Origin: Cenococcum geophilum | Lineage: Eukaryota | DNA: 64,000 bases | NCBI GenBank assembly: GCA_050273025.1 | Contig: CP158635.1 | Location: 4,216,001-4,280,000, forward strand | Reading direction: 5' to 3' | Shown here: positions 48,006 through 61,220 of the stretch, one piece after another | How positions within the stretch are numbered: the first letter of the stretch is position 1 | Layout: each line of letters starts with the position of its first letter | Made by a program: the position numbers and the translations under genes | The notes under the pieces: model-generated | The model's database searches: none | The model's input: only the letters and a program-made list of their open reading frames with translations | What the model was told of the DNA's origin: nothing

Positions 48006-51000
48006 GACGAAAAAGCCGCAACAGTAGTGAAACCAGCCTAAAACCACCTAATAAAGCAACCCGACATCGGAATCCTATTCCCCGCACTAAGAAACCCTAT
48101 AAAACCACGGCGCCCCTATCTATAAAGCATGGTGGACAACGGGGGATCGCAAGCTTCCCGCTAAAGCGACGAAAGTTGTAACGTAAGGGAGCCGACCTAT
48201 AAACCAGGCGGGTAATAACGCGAAAAGGATAACCGCTAGCTTAACTAGTAATAGCAAAAATTAAAGGAAATACTCGGACAAATTAAAGACAATCTTATAA
48301 AAGAGGAGGAAGAAACCCTATAACACTAGATACTTATTACTGTTTAAGAGGTAATATAACGCGTTAAAGCTCTCTTAACGCGTCTGGCGCCTTATATAAC
48401 CTAAAAAAAGAAAACTAAGACCTAACTTAACTGGATTAAAGCTGGTATTATAAAAATCCAAAAGAAAACGTGTAAAGGAGGACTATTAGGTCCGGAAGCC
48501 CCCCTAGTATAGGGCCAGACCTAAGCAGCTGTCGCTGCGTAGGCGGCCCGTATAGTAAACGCAGTCACGACACTATAGAGAGCAATAGTACGCGTCCGGC
48601 TTAAGGAGCCCTAGGGCTATAAACTAGGGGCGCTTCTTAAGACTATTTAGAGAATAATACTAAGCGTATACGCCGTACGCACCCTTAATAGCGGGGACAT
48701 TAATATTTACGTCCCCTCCTAAATAATAAAGGATTAAATCTTAAATGGACCAGACGCGCTAAAACTTAAGATATTAAGGAAAGACTACCTCCTAGAAGTA
48801 CCTGGGGTCCCACTTAAGACCCTAATTAATAGCGGAAGGAACGTTAGATAACTTAGAATTAATTTAATCCATCTATAAAGCTATAAAGCGCCTTGCGTTT
48901 GGAATAGCTATTAGCCGGATTTAATAGCTACACGCCCCTAAAGCGCAGGCGAAACGCTAGGCAAACCTTAGTAGCGCCTAAAGAGAACCTAAGAAGATTA
49001 GAGGGACCCTTATAATTAGTGTCCTAACCTAGGCAATTTAGCAAAAGATTATAAAAAGTAGAATAGTTATTAAATCCTAGCTTTTTAAGACTAGGCTATT
49101 TAAGAATAGTATAATTATAAAGTAATGTTACTAATATAATTAATAGGGATATACGTAAAGCGTATACGGAAAGCAAATAAAATATAGATAATATATAGGA
49201 CCTTACAACACCATAGATTGCCCTAAGGAAAGGGTATCCTGTATTAACTATGGTAAAGCCTATAAAGTATAGTAAAGAAAGGAATGTAAGACCTTTTAAA
49301 GCTACCTTAAGGGCATCTAAATAAAAAGAATAGCCCTTTTAACGCAGTTACTCCGTATATAAGAAGCTACAGAAACAATATACCCACCCCTAATACTAGG
49401 AAACTTTATAATTATTACTAATAAAAAAAGAGGATGGGAAATATTAGGGACCTAAGAATAACCAGTTAAACGGGGGCTAGGTAAATTATCCTTTATTAAT
49501 AAAGCAAGTAGAGATAGTTTATAATTAAGGCTCTAGTTACGTACTAATAGAGTAATAATAGTTACTAGCGATAACGAAGAGGACTAAGACACTAATATAG
49601 AGGAACCTATACCTACCCTAAATAAGTAAGTGTATAATTATTTAGTATAACTACAGAAATGTAAATTAAGGGGCGTGCCGCCCCTTCTTTAACAGCGTTA
49701 TACTGGTAGACTATTAGGTCCTTATAATCCAGGAGCCGGTATATAATAGGTATACTAAATTAATATACTACCCTAGGGGATTCATACTTACGTACGACGC
49801 TCTCCCTATAATAAAGGTCTGCTTTATAATTAGCCAGGATATTAAAGCTGCGTATTAGAAGCGTAGATAGTACGGCCCCTTTACCGTAGCCCTTTAGGTG
49901 CGCCTAAAGGGGCTAGAGATAATAATTATTAACATTTATAACCTACGTGAAGACAGCCCTTAGATTAGGACATGGCCTAAGGTTAAAATAGCTATTAAGG
50001 AGGCCAAGGGAGAAATTATACTCTTAGGCGACTTTAATGCCTACTACCTAATGTGGGGTAAAAAGTATATAGCTAGCAAAAAACAGGCGGAACGCCTACT
50101 AGCCGAAACCGACGCTAAAGGTCTTATACTTGTTATATTAAGAGGAGAGCCTATATAGAAAAGAGGGGAATAGAAAAGCGTAATTAACCTCACGTTTATA
50201 TCCCTAAATTTATACAGAAAAGTTAACTTCTATAGTATAGTTAAGGAATAGGCCCTTATAAGAGACCATATACCTATCCATATCCAAATTAATAACGCCG
50301 GCTGTCTGTTAGCAAAACGCCGGCGTCTTACCCTTAAAAAACTAGACTTATAAGGCCTCCTTTAAAGCATCTAGGAGCTTAACTAGGCTATATTTAAAGA
50401 CCCCCTTTAAGCCCTTTAAGAAGGGATTAAATAAGTACTTAAAGAACATTGCCTATAAGTATAACCCAGCTAGTAAGCCTATTAAGAATAGTCGCCATAT
50501 ATTATATAGCTCCACGCCAGCGCCTACTAGGCGCGACAATAGTACTAGGACTATAACGACCCCCAGGACTTATAAAGATACTTAGCACTAAGTAATAAAC
50601 TCCAGAAAGAAACTAGGAGAGTTAGTTGTAATAACTAGAGGTGCTTTATTTAAGAACTTACTAAGGACTAGTTAAAACCCTATAACAAAGGTCTATGGAT
50701 TTTATTAAAATAGAGCAGAAAAGTAAGTATAGTAAAGGTAAACCCTTAGTTACCAGACCTTAGGAAGTCCATTAAGGACCCCTTTATAGACAATAATACC
50801 ACAAAAGTAGATATCCTTATAGTAAAGTTTTTTCCTAAGACTAGTATAGCAGACCTTAGCGATATTAAAATAGAGGCAATAATGGAACAAAGAGTACTTA
50901 ATATTTACCCTATTATTTTAAAAAAAGGGATTAATAGGCTAATAAAAAGCCTCCTAAATAGAAAAGCTTTAGGGCTAAATGGTATACTAAATAAGGTTCT

Positions 51001-53278
51001 TAAAGTAATTGCTTTAGTAATTATAGAGGACTTAGCAAAAGCAGCTAGCTATTATTTTACTAATAGAATAATACTAGAAAGCCTTAAAGAATCTATAACT
51101 ACGGTCTTACGGAAGGAAGGAAAAAAAGACTACTTTCTTCTAAGTAGCTATAAACCAGTTACCCTTAAAAATACGCTAATAAAAGTCCTAGAGAAGTATG
51201 TAGCCAATATTATATTAAAAGCAGCGGAAGAGCATAAATTACTCCTTTAAAACTAAATAGGAGGAAGGCGCAAGCAATCTATACTATTAGCGGTAGGACT
51301 GTTTAGCTCCTATATATAAACAGCGTAGCAAACGCGCCGCGGGTGCGTGGTATTAATGCTAAGCCTAGACATAATAAGAGTGTATAACTATATATCCCAT
51401 AAAAGGCTCCTCTATATCTTAAAAAGAAAAGGCTTTCTAAAGTGGCTTATAGACTTTATATAAAGTTTTCTAATAGCACGTAAGACCTGTATTAAGTTTA
51501 TAGGATATAAAAGCAATTAGATCTAGATATAGACAGGCATCCCCTAAGGGTCTCCCTTATCACTAATTTTATTTCTCTTCTTTATATTAGAACTCTTAGA
51601 GAAATTCTAAAGCCTAAACAGCGGCACGCTAGGGTTTAGCTTTATAGATAATATAAACCTTATTACTTAGGGGGACTCTATAGCTAAGAACTATTAACGA
51701 CTAGAGGCCGCCTATAATTATTACACTATATAGGCAAACTAACACGGCGCGGCGTTTACCCCTAAAAAGTACTAGCTAATGCACTTTATAAGGTAACGGC
51801 GCCACGCCGCTATAGACCTTGCGTCCACCGTACGTATTACCGGCTGCGAGATAGCTCCTAAGAAAACTAGTATACGAATCCTAGGGATCTAGGTAGACTC
51901 TAAGCTTTAGTAAAAAAAACAGATTAAAAAGGCGGTAACTAAAGGCTTAGTAGCCTACAAAGCAATATTAAGGATCACTACATCTATATAGGGCCCATTA
52001 ATGCGCCGCTCGCGCCTCCTATACACGGCCACCGTCTGACTAGCGATGCTATATGGCGCCTAAGTATAGGGAGTATAAGACAACAGCAGAACGCCAGCAA
52101 AAAGCTTACTTAAACCTCTATAGAAAGTCCAAAACTAGTGCCTCTGTAGGGTTATAGGGGCATACTAGCAAACACCAATAGCTGCAATAGAGAAGGAAGC
52201 GGCCATTCCCCCAATCCAACTCTATATTAAGACAACAGCCCTCTAAAGAGCCGCTAGGACAGCTTTAGATAAGGTAAAAAAGGAATTAGTAGAGGCACTT
52301 AAGGGTATCTAAAAAACACTAAGGAAAAGCCGGCGGAAAATAAGACGGCTATTAGTACTACTAAAAATGCTTAGGGACCGCGTAAAGGACTATAAGAATA
52401 AAATATAGGGGTTTCTTATATACTAGAAGGACTGTATAGAATAGGAGGCAGTAATAAACCCCTATAGGCGTAGCTAACAAAACGCTGGCAGAGTGTAGAC
52501 GGAATGCCGCCACTGTATAGAAGGTCACCAGCACCGCTAGTAGGAAACCACCCTTATCGCGAAATGGGCAGACCTAAAATGGCGCCAACGGTGGCAATTA
52601 AAGGCCAAAAATTGTATAGAAACTACGTGGAAGACCCTATAGAGGAAACCTATAATTCTATTATATAAAGATCTAATAAAAGTAGAGGCTATAGTACTGT
52701 TTCTCCTTTGTACGGAGGTAATAGGGCTTAATATATGGCTTACATCCATTAAAGTACCAGAAATTCTCCCGCGATATAAATATAGTTGGATAAGGCAAAC
52801 AGTACACTATATATTATTCCAGTGCCCATAATACTAAAGGGCAGACTTTATAGCATAATACACTTCTAAACGCCTCTAAGATGTCTTAAGCAATAAAAGA
52901 AGTACCTAAGTTGCTGTAAAATAGTTAATATAATTAGGTGCCTTAACTTAGTTCCAGGCTATAAAGGTAATAGATACAGAAGATATAAGTAGATACCAGC
53001 TATTTTAAAGCTTAGAGGACTGGTAAAAATAAGGGTAAAAGGATAAAGGAAGAAGGGGTAGTATAAGATTGTCCGCGAAGCGTGGTTAGTTGGCTTAATA
53101 AGTAGACTTTTAGCTAGGTAGAAGGCAAGTTACCAGCGCCCCGATATCGGAACACTGTTATCTCTCCAGCGCGGCTCGCGATCGGGTTTTCTCTTAGATA
53201 GAGTTTTTCCTATAAAAGGTATTAGCCTACATAGACCCATTAGGGGGACCGGAACGGGCGGTAAATTAAATCTATTAT
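48006..53278 (+). mobile_element. Full-length Tad1-like LINE (ORF1 gag with zinc knuckles; ORF2 APE-RT-Zn finger, no RNase H seen), RIP-inactivated
   Basis: TSD up to 13 bp TATTAAGGATATA (47993-48005 / 53279-53291). ORF1 CxxC..WGH knuckles ~49120-49290. EN QYNC, QEP, GDFNA, IDLTF, DHIPI. RT KA.G.DGI, GIPQGSPLS, F.DD. (TAT)n tail. Confidence 0.93.
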
Positions 53279-53442
53279 TATTAAGGATATATCTAGATAA
53301 TCTTACCTAATAGTAAAATAGGTCTAGGAGATAGCAAAACCTAACTATTATTTAATATTATAATAGAGGAAACTAAAATATATTAGCTTTATAGAATTTA
53401 GTAAGATCTAAAATATAATATACTAGAGTAAATAGAGGCTAT

Positions 53443-56400
53443 TGTTACGGGACGGGGGCAGTAGCTACAAAGCGTATGTATTTAAGGAGTCTATAAGACG
53501 TTGCGCGATCAATCGTAAGGGTTAAGGGCGTAAGGAGGTGATATACCTACGCGTAGCTGATATAAGCTGTACGTGAGGTGTATGCGAGAGCACGGGGCTC
53601 TCCTATAGAGGCCCCTATAGTAGGGTTCCGTAATACTACCCCCCCTTTTATAGAGGCGGAGCTCTGGCGACGCTATGGTTACTATATACATATAGAAGGG
53701 ACACTTAAGGTATAGAAAAGAAGAAAAGGGGGGTATTGCTAAAGGCTTAAAACAACGTTATATAATAGGGCTTGGCATTTAAGAATCCGACTAATTAGAT
53801 AACTTTAACCGCCAGTTAAAGTTCCTAGACATCTCAACAATATTCCGGTCACGTAATCGCACTTTACCGCAATCTAACGGTAATCTAACGGCAATTTGCC
53901 CTTACGTAGCAATGTACAACGGTTTAACTCTATAAGGGTTCCCATAGAGGATTGGGTATAAAGTCTCTGCTTAGGCCCGGTTTCTGTGGGTTCGCATAGT
54001 AAAAGTCGCTAATTAGATCCTTTGCATTTTTAAAGTCTTCCTATAGTTGCTATTCTAGCTAATCTATGTCGAATCCTGTATATATAGCTCTATAGTAGAG
54101 CCGTCGTCCTCTACCTTTACCAAAGTATTTAAAGTTAATAATTTGTTTAATGGTCTACTCCTTATAGTTCTTATCTTCGTTCTCGTCTTAGATTAGTACT
54201 AGTAGGGGTTTAGGCTGTGTCTGCCTTGGTAAGGGGTTAGGCTAATAGAGGTGTAGTAGCTATAGGTGAAATACGGGCTATATCCCGTGGGTAGCTAGGG
54301 TAGGTAGGAGTTCTAGCTTATATACGGCTCCCCTATTAATAACTTATTTAATTAGATAGGGGCCAAGGTTCTTATAATTAAGTGACTTTATAGGCCTCTA
54401 TATAGAGATATTACGTGCATCTAGCTATACCCAGTCGCCAACACGTATCTCCGGTAGTGGCGTTTTATAACAGTCGGCGAAGTAGGCCTACTTTACTTAA
54501 GCCTAGGCCATTTCTCCCTTATAGTAGTTGAGTAGATTTTTTATACGGTCTGCATGCTAGTCGGTAAGTAGCATCTTAAGGCGTTTTCTATATAGCAGTT
54601 TCTTATTAATAGGTTCTGGTGGCTCTATACCAGATTAGGGGTAATAACCTTTATTCGCAAAGAACGGGGTAAGTCCTATAGTAGTTAAGACGTGGTTATT
54701 CGCTGCGAATTTACCTAGTGGGAGGTAATCTACCCAGTTATCTTGACTATAGGCGACTACCTATTATAGGTACGCTTTTATACTAGCATTAGCGTTTTCT
54801 GGTTGCCTAGTAGTTTTATAGTAGAAGGATATAGATATCTTAACGGAGATGCCAAGGCGTTAGTAGATTCGTCTCTATATATTGGAGTTAAATTATATGC
54901 CTTAGTCGGACGTAATTGAGTTAGGTAACCTATATAGTCGGTAGACTTTGCGGAGAAAGGCGTTAGTAATATCACTAACGGCTACGCCTTCGGTTAGGAC
55001 GTAGTGGCGCTCTTTTATAAGTCGGTATATTATTATAAGGATGTTCTTATAGGTACGGCCATATCGTTTATAGGGTAGTAGGTTAACAACAAAATCTATG
55101 GCGATATCTGCCCATCGTCGTATAGGTACTGGTAAAGGGTGCAGTAGTCCTTAGTACTTTGTATTAAAGGCCTTAGCGCGCTTATAACCGTGGCAGGCAC
55201 CTATAAAGCGTTTAACTAAGTCTATCATTTTTGGCTAGAAGTAGTATTGGCTAAGAAGCTTATAGGTTCCTTCTCTACCTGGGTAGCCGCTTAATCGGAG
55301 GTCGTAGGCTATTTAAATTAGTTGCCGTTGTAGATTTTCTAAGTTAGGGATAAATAGGCGGCCTCTATAATAGAGCCTGTTCTCTTTTACTTCTAAGGCT
55401 ACTATATTAATCTAGCCTAAGCTTTAGAGGTTAGTAGGTAGCGTATAGGTGCTAGCGGTCTTTGCGGCAATAAGTTAATATAGTAATAGGTTAATAGAGG
55501 CGTTATATGCCGTAGTAATAAGCTTGTTAATTTTGGGAGGTAACTCTAGTTCTATGGTATAAAGCTAGGGTATAGTTGGCTCTATTATAGGTAGTATGCC
55601 TAGGGCTAAATTTCGTGCTTTTAGGATCGTCTGTTGTTAGAACTAATTATAGGGGTTATCTTTAGACTAAGGAAGGTCTTGTAAGCGGCGTATTAGGCTA
55701 TTAGGTTTAGTACCTTATACTCCTAGTCTATATACAATTTTAAAGTTAAAACTAGAGAGGAACTTGTTCTAACGTGCTTGGCGTTAGTTTAGCTACTTTA
55801 TAGTTATAAAGTACTTAAGGTTGCGATGGTCTGTAAGGACTTTAGTTAGCTAGTTAGGCTCTATTAAGGAGAGTTCTGGTCAAAATTCTTTAAACGCTTA
55901 TATAATTATAAGGAGTTCTTTATTATAGATCTTATAGTTACACTCTTATAGTATAAGCTTAGATAAGTAGAATACGACTAGGTAAAGGAGGCCGTCATCG
56001 CCTATCTGGGAGAGGATGCCTGCGTTAACGTGGTCTAAGGAGTTGGTTTTAAGGTAGAGTTATTATCCTAGTATAAAGTAAGCTAGGACAGGTGCTTTAG
56101 TAAAGGCATTTTTAAGGTCTTAGAACGCCTTCTTATATTTAGGCGTCTAGGTAAAGCGTAGGTGCGTTTTTCTTCCTTTTACAGAAAGGCCCTTCGTTCG
56201 CATTATTGCTGTAAGTAGTGCTACTACGCTTAAGAAGTTGTATATAAATTTCTAATAGAAGTTGGCAAAACTAAGGAAGGCTTATACGTCCTTAATACAG
56301 TTAGGGGCTTACTATTTAGTAATTATATGTACCTTCTTGGGGTCTATACGGACACCCTTAGTAGTAATAATTAGTCTAAGGTATTTTACTTCTATAACTA

Positions 56401-59400
56401 AGAATTCGCATTTCTTTAAATTAATATAAAGTCCTACGTCCTTAAGGCGCTGTAGGACCTTTTAAACGTGTTTAGTATGCTTAGAGGGGTTATTACTATA
56501 AATAAGTATGTCGTCTAGGTACGTAGAGCAGAAGTCATTAAGGTAATCCCGTAAGGCGTTATTAATATAGCTTTAGAAGGTGCCTAGGCCGTTATATACG
56601 CTAAAGGGCATAACGGTATATTTAAATTGGCTAAAGCGCGATGCAAATACGGTTTTCTATTTGTTACCTTTCCGTATTTAGAGATAGTTAAAGGCGGCGA
56701 TAATATTAAGCTTAGTATAGATTTTGGCTTAACTAAGCCGCTTAAGGGTCTTACGTATAAGCGGTACTGGGTATTAGTTTTTAATCGTAATAGCGTTAAG
56801 TCCTCTATAGTTAACGTAGAATTGGATACCTCCTCCTAGCTTCTTAGCGAGAAGGATAGGGGCGGCTGCTAGTGACATGCTGGGACAAATAAATCCTTTA
56901 TTAAGGTGCTTGTTGATATACTTTTTTACAACTAGAAGTTTATCTTTTAATATTAGGTAGGGTCTCTTATAAGGTAGCATTTTTCCTTATTTAATATTAA
57001 TGGTATAGTTATTAGGTCGATATGGGGGAAGTATATCTGCGCTCTTTTATAAGCATATATTAGTAAAGTCGTGGTACCTCTTAGGGAGGAGCTTGTGGAG
57101 TTCTTCGTTGGTAAGTCCTTTTTTAAGCTTTATAAACTTCTTAAAGTCTAAAGGTAAAAGTCCGTAGAGTTCCGTAGGGGCGTTATCTTCTAAAAGGTCG
57201 ATTATGTCTATCCTATTACTATAGAGGACGTAGTCCTATTCTTTATTAAGCTTATATAGTCGTAATTAGGAAGCTATAGTAATGGTCTAGCCTTTCTTAC
57301 GTACTATGCAGTAGAAGGCCGGGGTATTTATATAGTGGTAGTTAGTTATAGGTGGGATAATAAGGGGTTCCTTGGGTTAATATCCTGGGGAGTAAATAGA
57401 GGCGGCTAGGCCATGCCCTAGGCAAGTCTCTCTATAGTATTTAGAGTTAAAGGTTACTTCTCTCTTCTTCTAGTTAATGGTAGGGTTATATTATTTAAGC
57501 TAGTTCATTCTAAGGATAATAGGGTAGTTGGCAAGTAGTATAATATAGGCCTAGAGTTCTTCCTAGTGCCCATTTATATCTAGGTGGAGTTATGTTATAT
57601 AGGTAATCTTTTATGCGGTATAATTACCGTTAGCGAGTTATAGGGCGCGGGCTTTAGTAAGGGGTAAGGTAGGTAGGTTATAAGTGCATACAAATTAGGT
57701 ATCTATAAATTTATTAATAGCTCCGCAATTAATTATAGAACGGCTTTTATATTATTTTTTAGCAGTAGTTTTTATTATAGGTAAAACTATCTATTTCCGT
57801 CTATTTATCTTTATAGAGTTATCTATTAAGCAAGCCGATATATAGATCCCTCCGTTATTAGGGCGTCCCAACCCACAACTTAGGGCTAGGACTTAGCGTT
57901 TTCCGTTTCCGTATCTAACTCTACTACTATTACTGCGTCTTTATCTTATATGGTAGTGGTATATAGCAATATATTTAGTGTTTGGGGTATTAGGTTAAGT
58001 ATTAGGCGGTAGCTACTAAACCTAGCTATTAGGCAGTTTAGGTTATCGCAATAACAGCCTTCTTAATGGTATTTATAGCAGCGTCCTAGTTTCTAAAGTA
58101 GCTTGCGCTCTCCATCTAGGAGTTTTTATAGGAAGGTTAGTATAGAGAAATCAATATTAGTTCCGGTAATACTTAAGGTAGTAGGCGTCGGTGGCTTAGT
58201 ATATGTGGGTTTAGTAGGCCTAGGGGGCTTCTATAAAGAGGTCTTTAGGTAAAGGTTAGCAGTAGCAATCTAATTTAGTTATTATTTAATCTTCCATAGA
58301 GCTGCTACCATATTATAAATATCGTTATAGTTATAGCTGGCGGCTGCGTAACTAAGGCAATAAGTAACTTTTTTAAGGAGGTCCTTCTAGTCTTTAGTAT
58401 TATCTTAGGTGAGGGCTTTAGTATATTCCTGGAATTTAATATAGAATTCGTTAAATAATTCGGTAGGGCTTATCTTTAGGGCACGTAGTTTAGCTTAGTT
58501 GGTGGCTAGTAGGTTGTGGTCGCGGTATATTAGGTTAAGATTATTAAGGACTTCTTAGTAGGACTACTACTTCCGGGGGCTACTAGTCTCCTATTAGGCG
58601 AAGAGTCTGTTAAATAGTATATCCTTTGTTCGCCCGATAATATAGCCGATCTTAATATCTTCCGTAGGAAAAAGGCAGGCGCTCTAAGTTAGTTTTTTAC
58701 GGATTTATATCTTTTAGTAGCTGTATTCCTTACGGTCTCCCTAGAAGACTAGAGGATTAGGGTAGCGTATATTAAACCCTACGGTAGTAGTTTAGGTCCA
58801 ATTATTATGGCTTTTATTATCGCTACTTTAGTAGGGGTTCCTATTAGGTAAAGCTGCTTAGCGCTAGCCCTCCGTTAAGCGTTAAGTAGGTAAAGTTGCC
58901 GGGGGCGTAGAGACTTAGGTGGTGTTATATATAGTAAAGAGGTGTCTAGCATTATTACAAATATACTCATTAAGCTAAGATTATAGGTATTTAATTATGC
59001 CTTCTCTTTTAGTAACCGTAGCAATTAGTACAATCTCAGCCTTCTTTAACTATTAGATGTCGCGTTTAGACATATAGAGGTCGTCTTTAGTTTCTTAACG
59101 TGTGTTATTAGCGAGCGCCTTACGAGCTTGTAGGTCTTAGATGATATCGCGATCTTAGGTAGTATGTATCTCGGCTTATATAAGCTTTAGGTGGTAGTTC
59201 TATAGAAGGCGGTAGTATTTATTAGGGTCTTATACTACCATTTTTGCAAATATCTCGGCGTCTTATATTTCGATTTTAATGGGTAGTAGCCCTTCTATTT
59301 ACTTATCCGTAGTTATATAGTTAATAAAAGATAAGATATTATTAGTGTCCGTCTCCTTAGGGGTTAAGGCTAGGGCTAATAAATTAAATTCTCCTAGGAT

Positions 59401-59805
59401 TAATTGGCGTCGTAGGTTAAGTGTAGGTATTAGATTGTTCTTTAGGTTTAATATAGTAGCTAGTAAGGGATATTATCTTACTATTATGGGTTCCTTAGAA
59501 GTATAAAGTGAGGTAATTTATAGACACGCTGCTTTTAGCAGCGCCTGCAGTATTACAGAGACGTAGAATTGGTTATAGGCTAAGCATCGGTGGTAAAAAA
59601 GGCGCAACGTAATATTACGGGACGGGGGCAGTGGCTACAAAGCGTATATATTTAAGGAGTCTACAAGACGTTACGCGATCAATCGTAAGGGTTAAGGGCG
59701 TAAGGAGGTGATATACCTACGCGTAGCTGATATAAGCTGTACGCGAGGTGTACGCGAGAGCACGGGGCTCTCCTATAGAGGCCCCTGCGGTAGGGTTCCG
59801 TAACA
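53443..59805 (-). mobile_element. Full-length Ty3/Gypsy chromovirus family E, RIP-inactivated
   Basis: 193-bp LTRs at 53443-53635 and 59613-59805; TSD GCTAT (53438-53442 / 59806-59810); reverse-complement PPT at 53636; [11 protein letters not shown] ~56500; chromodomain ~53990-54170. Confidence 0.94.
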
Positions 59806-60333
59806 GCTATAAATTATAAGTGAGATTTTAATCGTACGCCTTATAAACTTTATAATTAAAACTATAAGTATATACTAGTTCTAGAAGATAATATATCTAA
59901 TATAATAGATATAATAATATAAATATATTATTTACATATTCTTTTCTAGTCTTCGTCTATAATTTCCTTATAGTAAAAATTTTATAGCTAAGGGTATAAA
60001 TATTTATAATAAAATACGCCTATATAGAGCATCTATTTTCTAAAGTACTTTAGAGGCTAGAAAGAGTATATATTATACTTATTTTATTCTTTAATATATA
60101 TAAATATTATATATATTAATACTAGAACTAAGTTATGTCTAGGATATGTCTAGGATATATCTAGGATATATCTAGGATATAGTCTTTTATATTTTTATAT
60201 ATCTTAGTAATATTCTTATTATATATCTCTAGATTAGATAAATCTATAATATATTTAATTCTATACTTAGAGGATATAAGATATTCTAGTATCTTTTAAA
60301 TAAATATAAGTCATTCTACTATTAGAGATCTAG

Positions 60334-60495
60334 TGTTACGGATTCCGGCCTGGTGGCCCTTAGCGAGCCTTGGCACCCCACAGTATATAGAGTACTAGTC
60401 CCTTCGCACCTCTTTACACCTTCGTACAATATCCTGTTGTATACTATAGTTAATGCTACGACGTTTACAGAGCCTCCTAACCTTGTTCCGTGACA
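60334..60495 (+). mobile_element. Solo LTR (162 bp)
   Basis: TGTTACGG...CCGTGACA; perfect TSD TCTAG (60329-60333 / 60496-60500). Confidence 0.9.
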
Positions 60496-60810
60496 TCTAG
60501 TATATATAATTAATATTAAGCCTAGCTATATTATAGAATTCTACTTATTACTAGCGTTAAAGAAGAGGTATTAGTAGATTATTATAGCGTAGTATTTAGG
60601 ATTCTTATTTTTTATAATACTCCTAATATAAGCTAAATATATCCTAGTTACTATCTTTAATATTTATATATATACGTTCTTCTTATACTTATTACCCTTT
60701 ATAGAAGAAGTCCTCTTATAATTATTTAAAATCTTTAATTAAGAACTAAGTTACTTTTATTAGTAGTAGTATAGAAGAACTATTTAAAATAGGTAAGTGC
60801 GTAGGAGTAC

Positions 60811-61220
60811 CTAGATTATATTCCAGATTATATCCTAGGTTATATCCTAAATATATTCTAGATTATATCCTAGGTTATATCCTAAATATATTCTAGATTA
60901 TATCCTAGGTTATATCCTAAATATATTCTAGATTATATTCTAGGTTATATCCTAAATATATTCTAAATTATATTTTAGGTTATATCCTAAATATATTTTA
61001 GATTATATCCTAAATATATTCTAAATAATATCCTAGATATATTCTAAATTATATCCTAAATATATTCTAAATTATATCCTAGATATATTCTAAATTATAT
61101 TTTAGATTATATCCTAGATTATATCTTAGATTATATCCTAGATTATATCCTAGATTATATCTTAGATTATATCCTAAATTATATCTTAGATTATATCCTA
61201 GATTATATCTTAGATATATC
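60811..61220. repeat. Minisatellite of 11-12-bp units (CTAGATTATATC-type) with a ~35-bp higher-order period, inside element X
   Basis: Directly visible tandem array starting just after a GTAAGT donor at ~60793. Confidence 0.9.

Noticed and set aside
48006..48240. Ribozyme at the LINE 5' end (CTAATAA as RIP-mutated hammerhead CTGATGA, or an HDV-like fold)
   Set aside because: No stem II followed by GAAA in the right place and no P1/P3/L3 pattern found by eye.
5392..56980. Short Ile/Leu/Tyr/Lys-rich ORFs in the track (e.g. 5392, 23344, 24457, 26342, 31097, 50882, 54778, 56774)
   Set aside because: Stop-free remnants or antisense frames of RIP-damaged gag/pol/ORF2, not independent genes.
60811..61220. 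Regular short repeats resembling a CRISPR array
   Set aside because: Head-to-tail 11-12-bp units with no unique spacers, in a eukaryotic context; it is a minisatellite.
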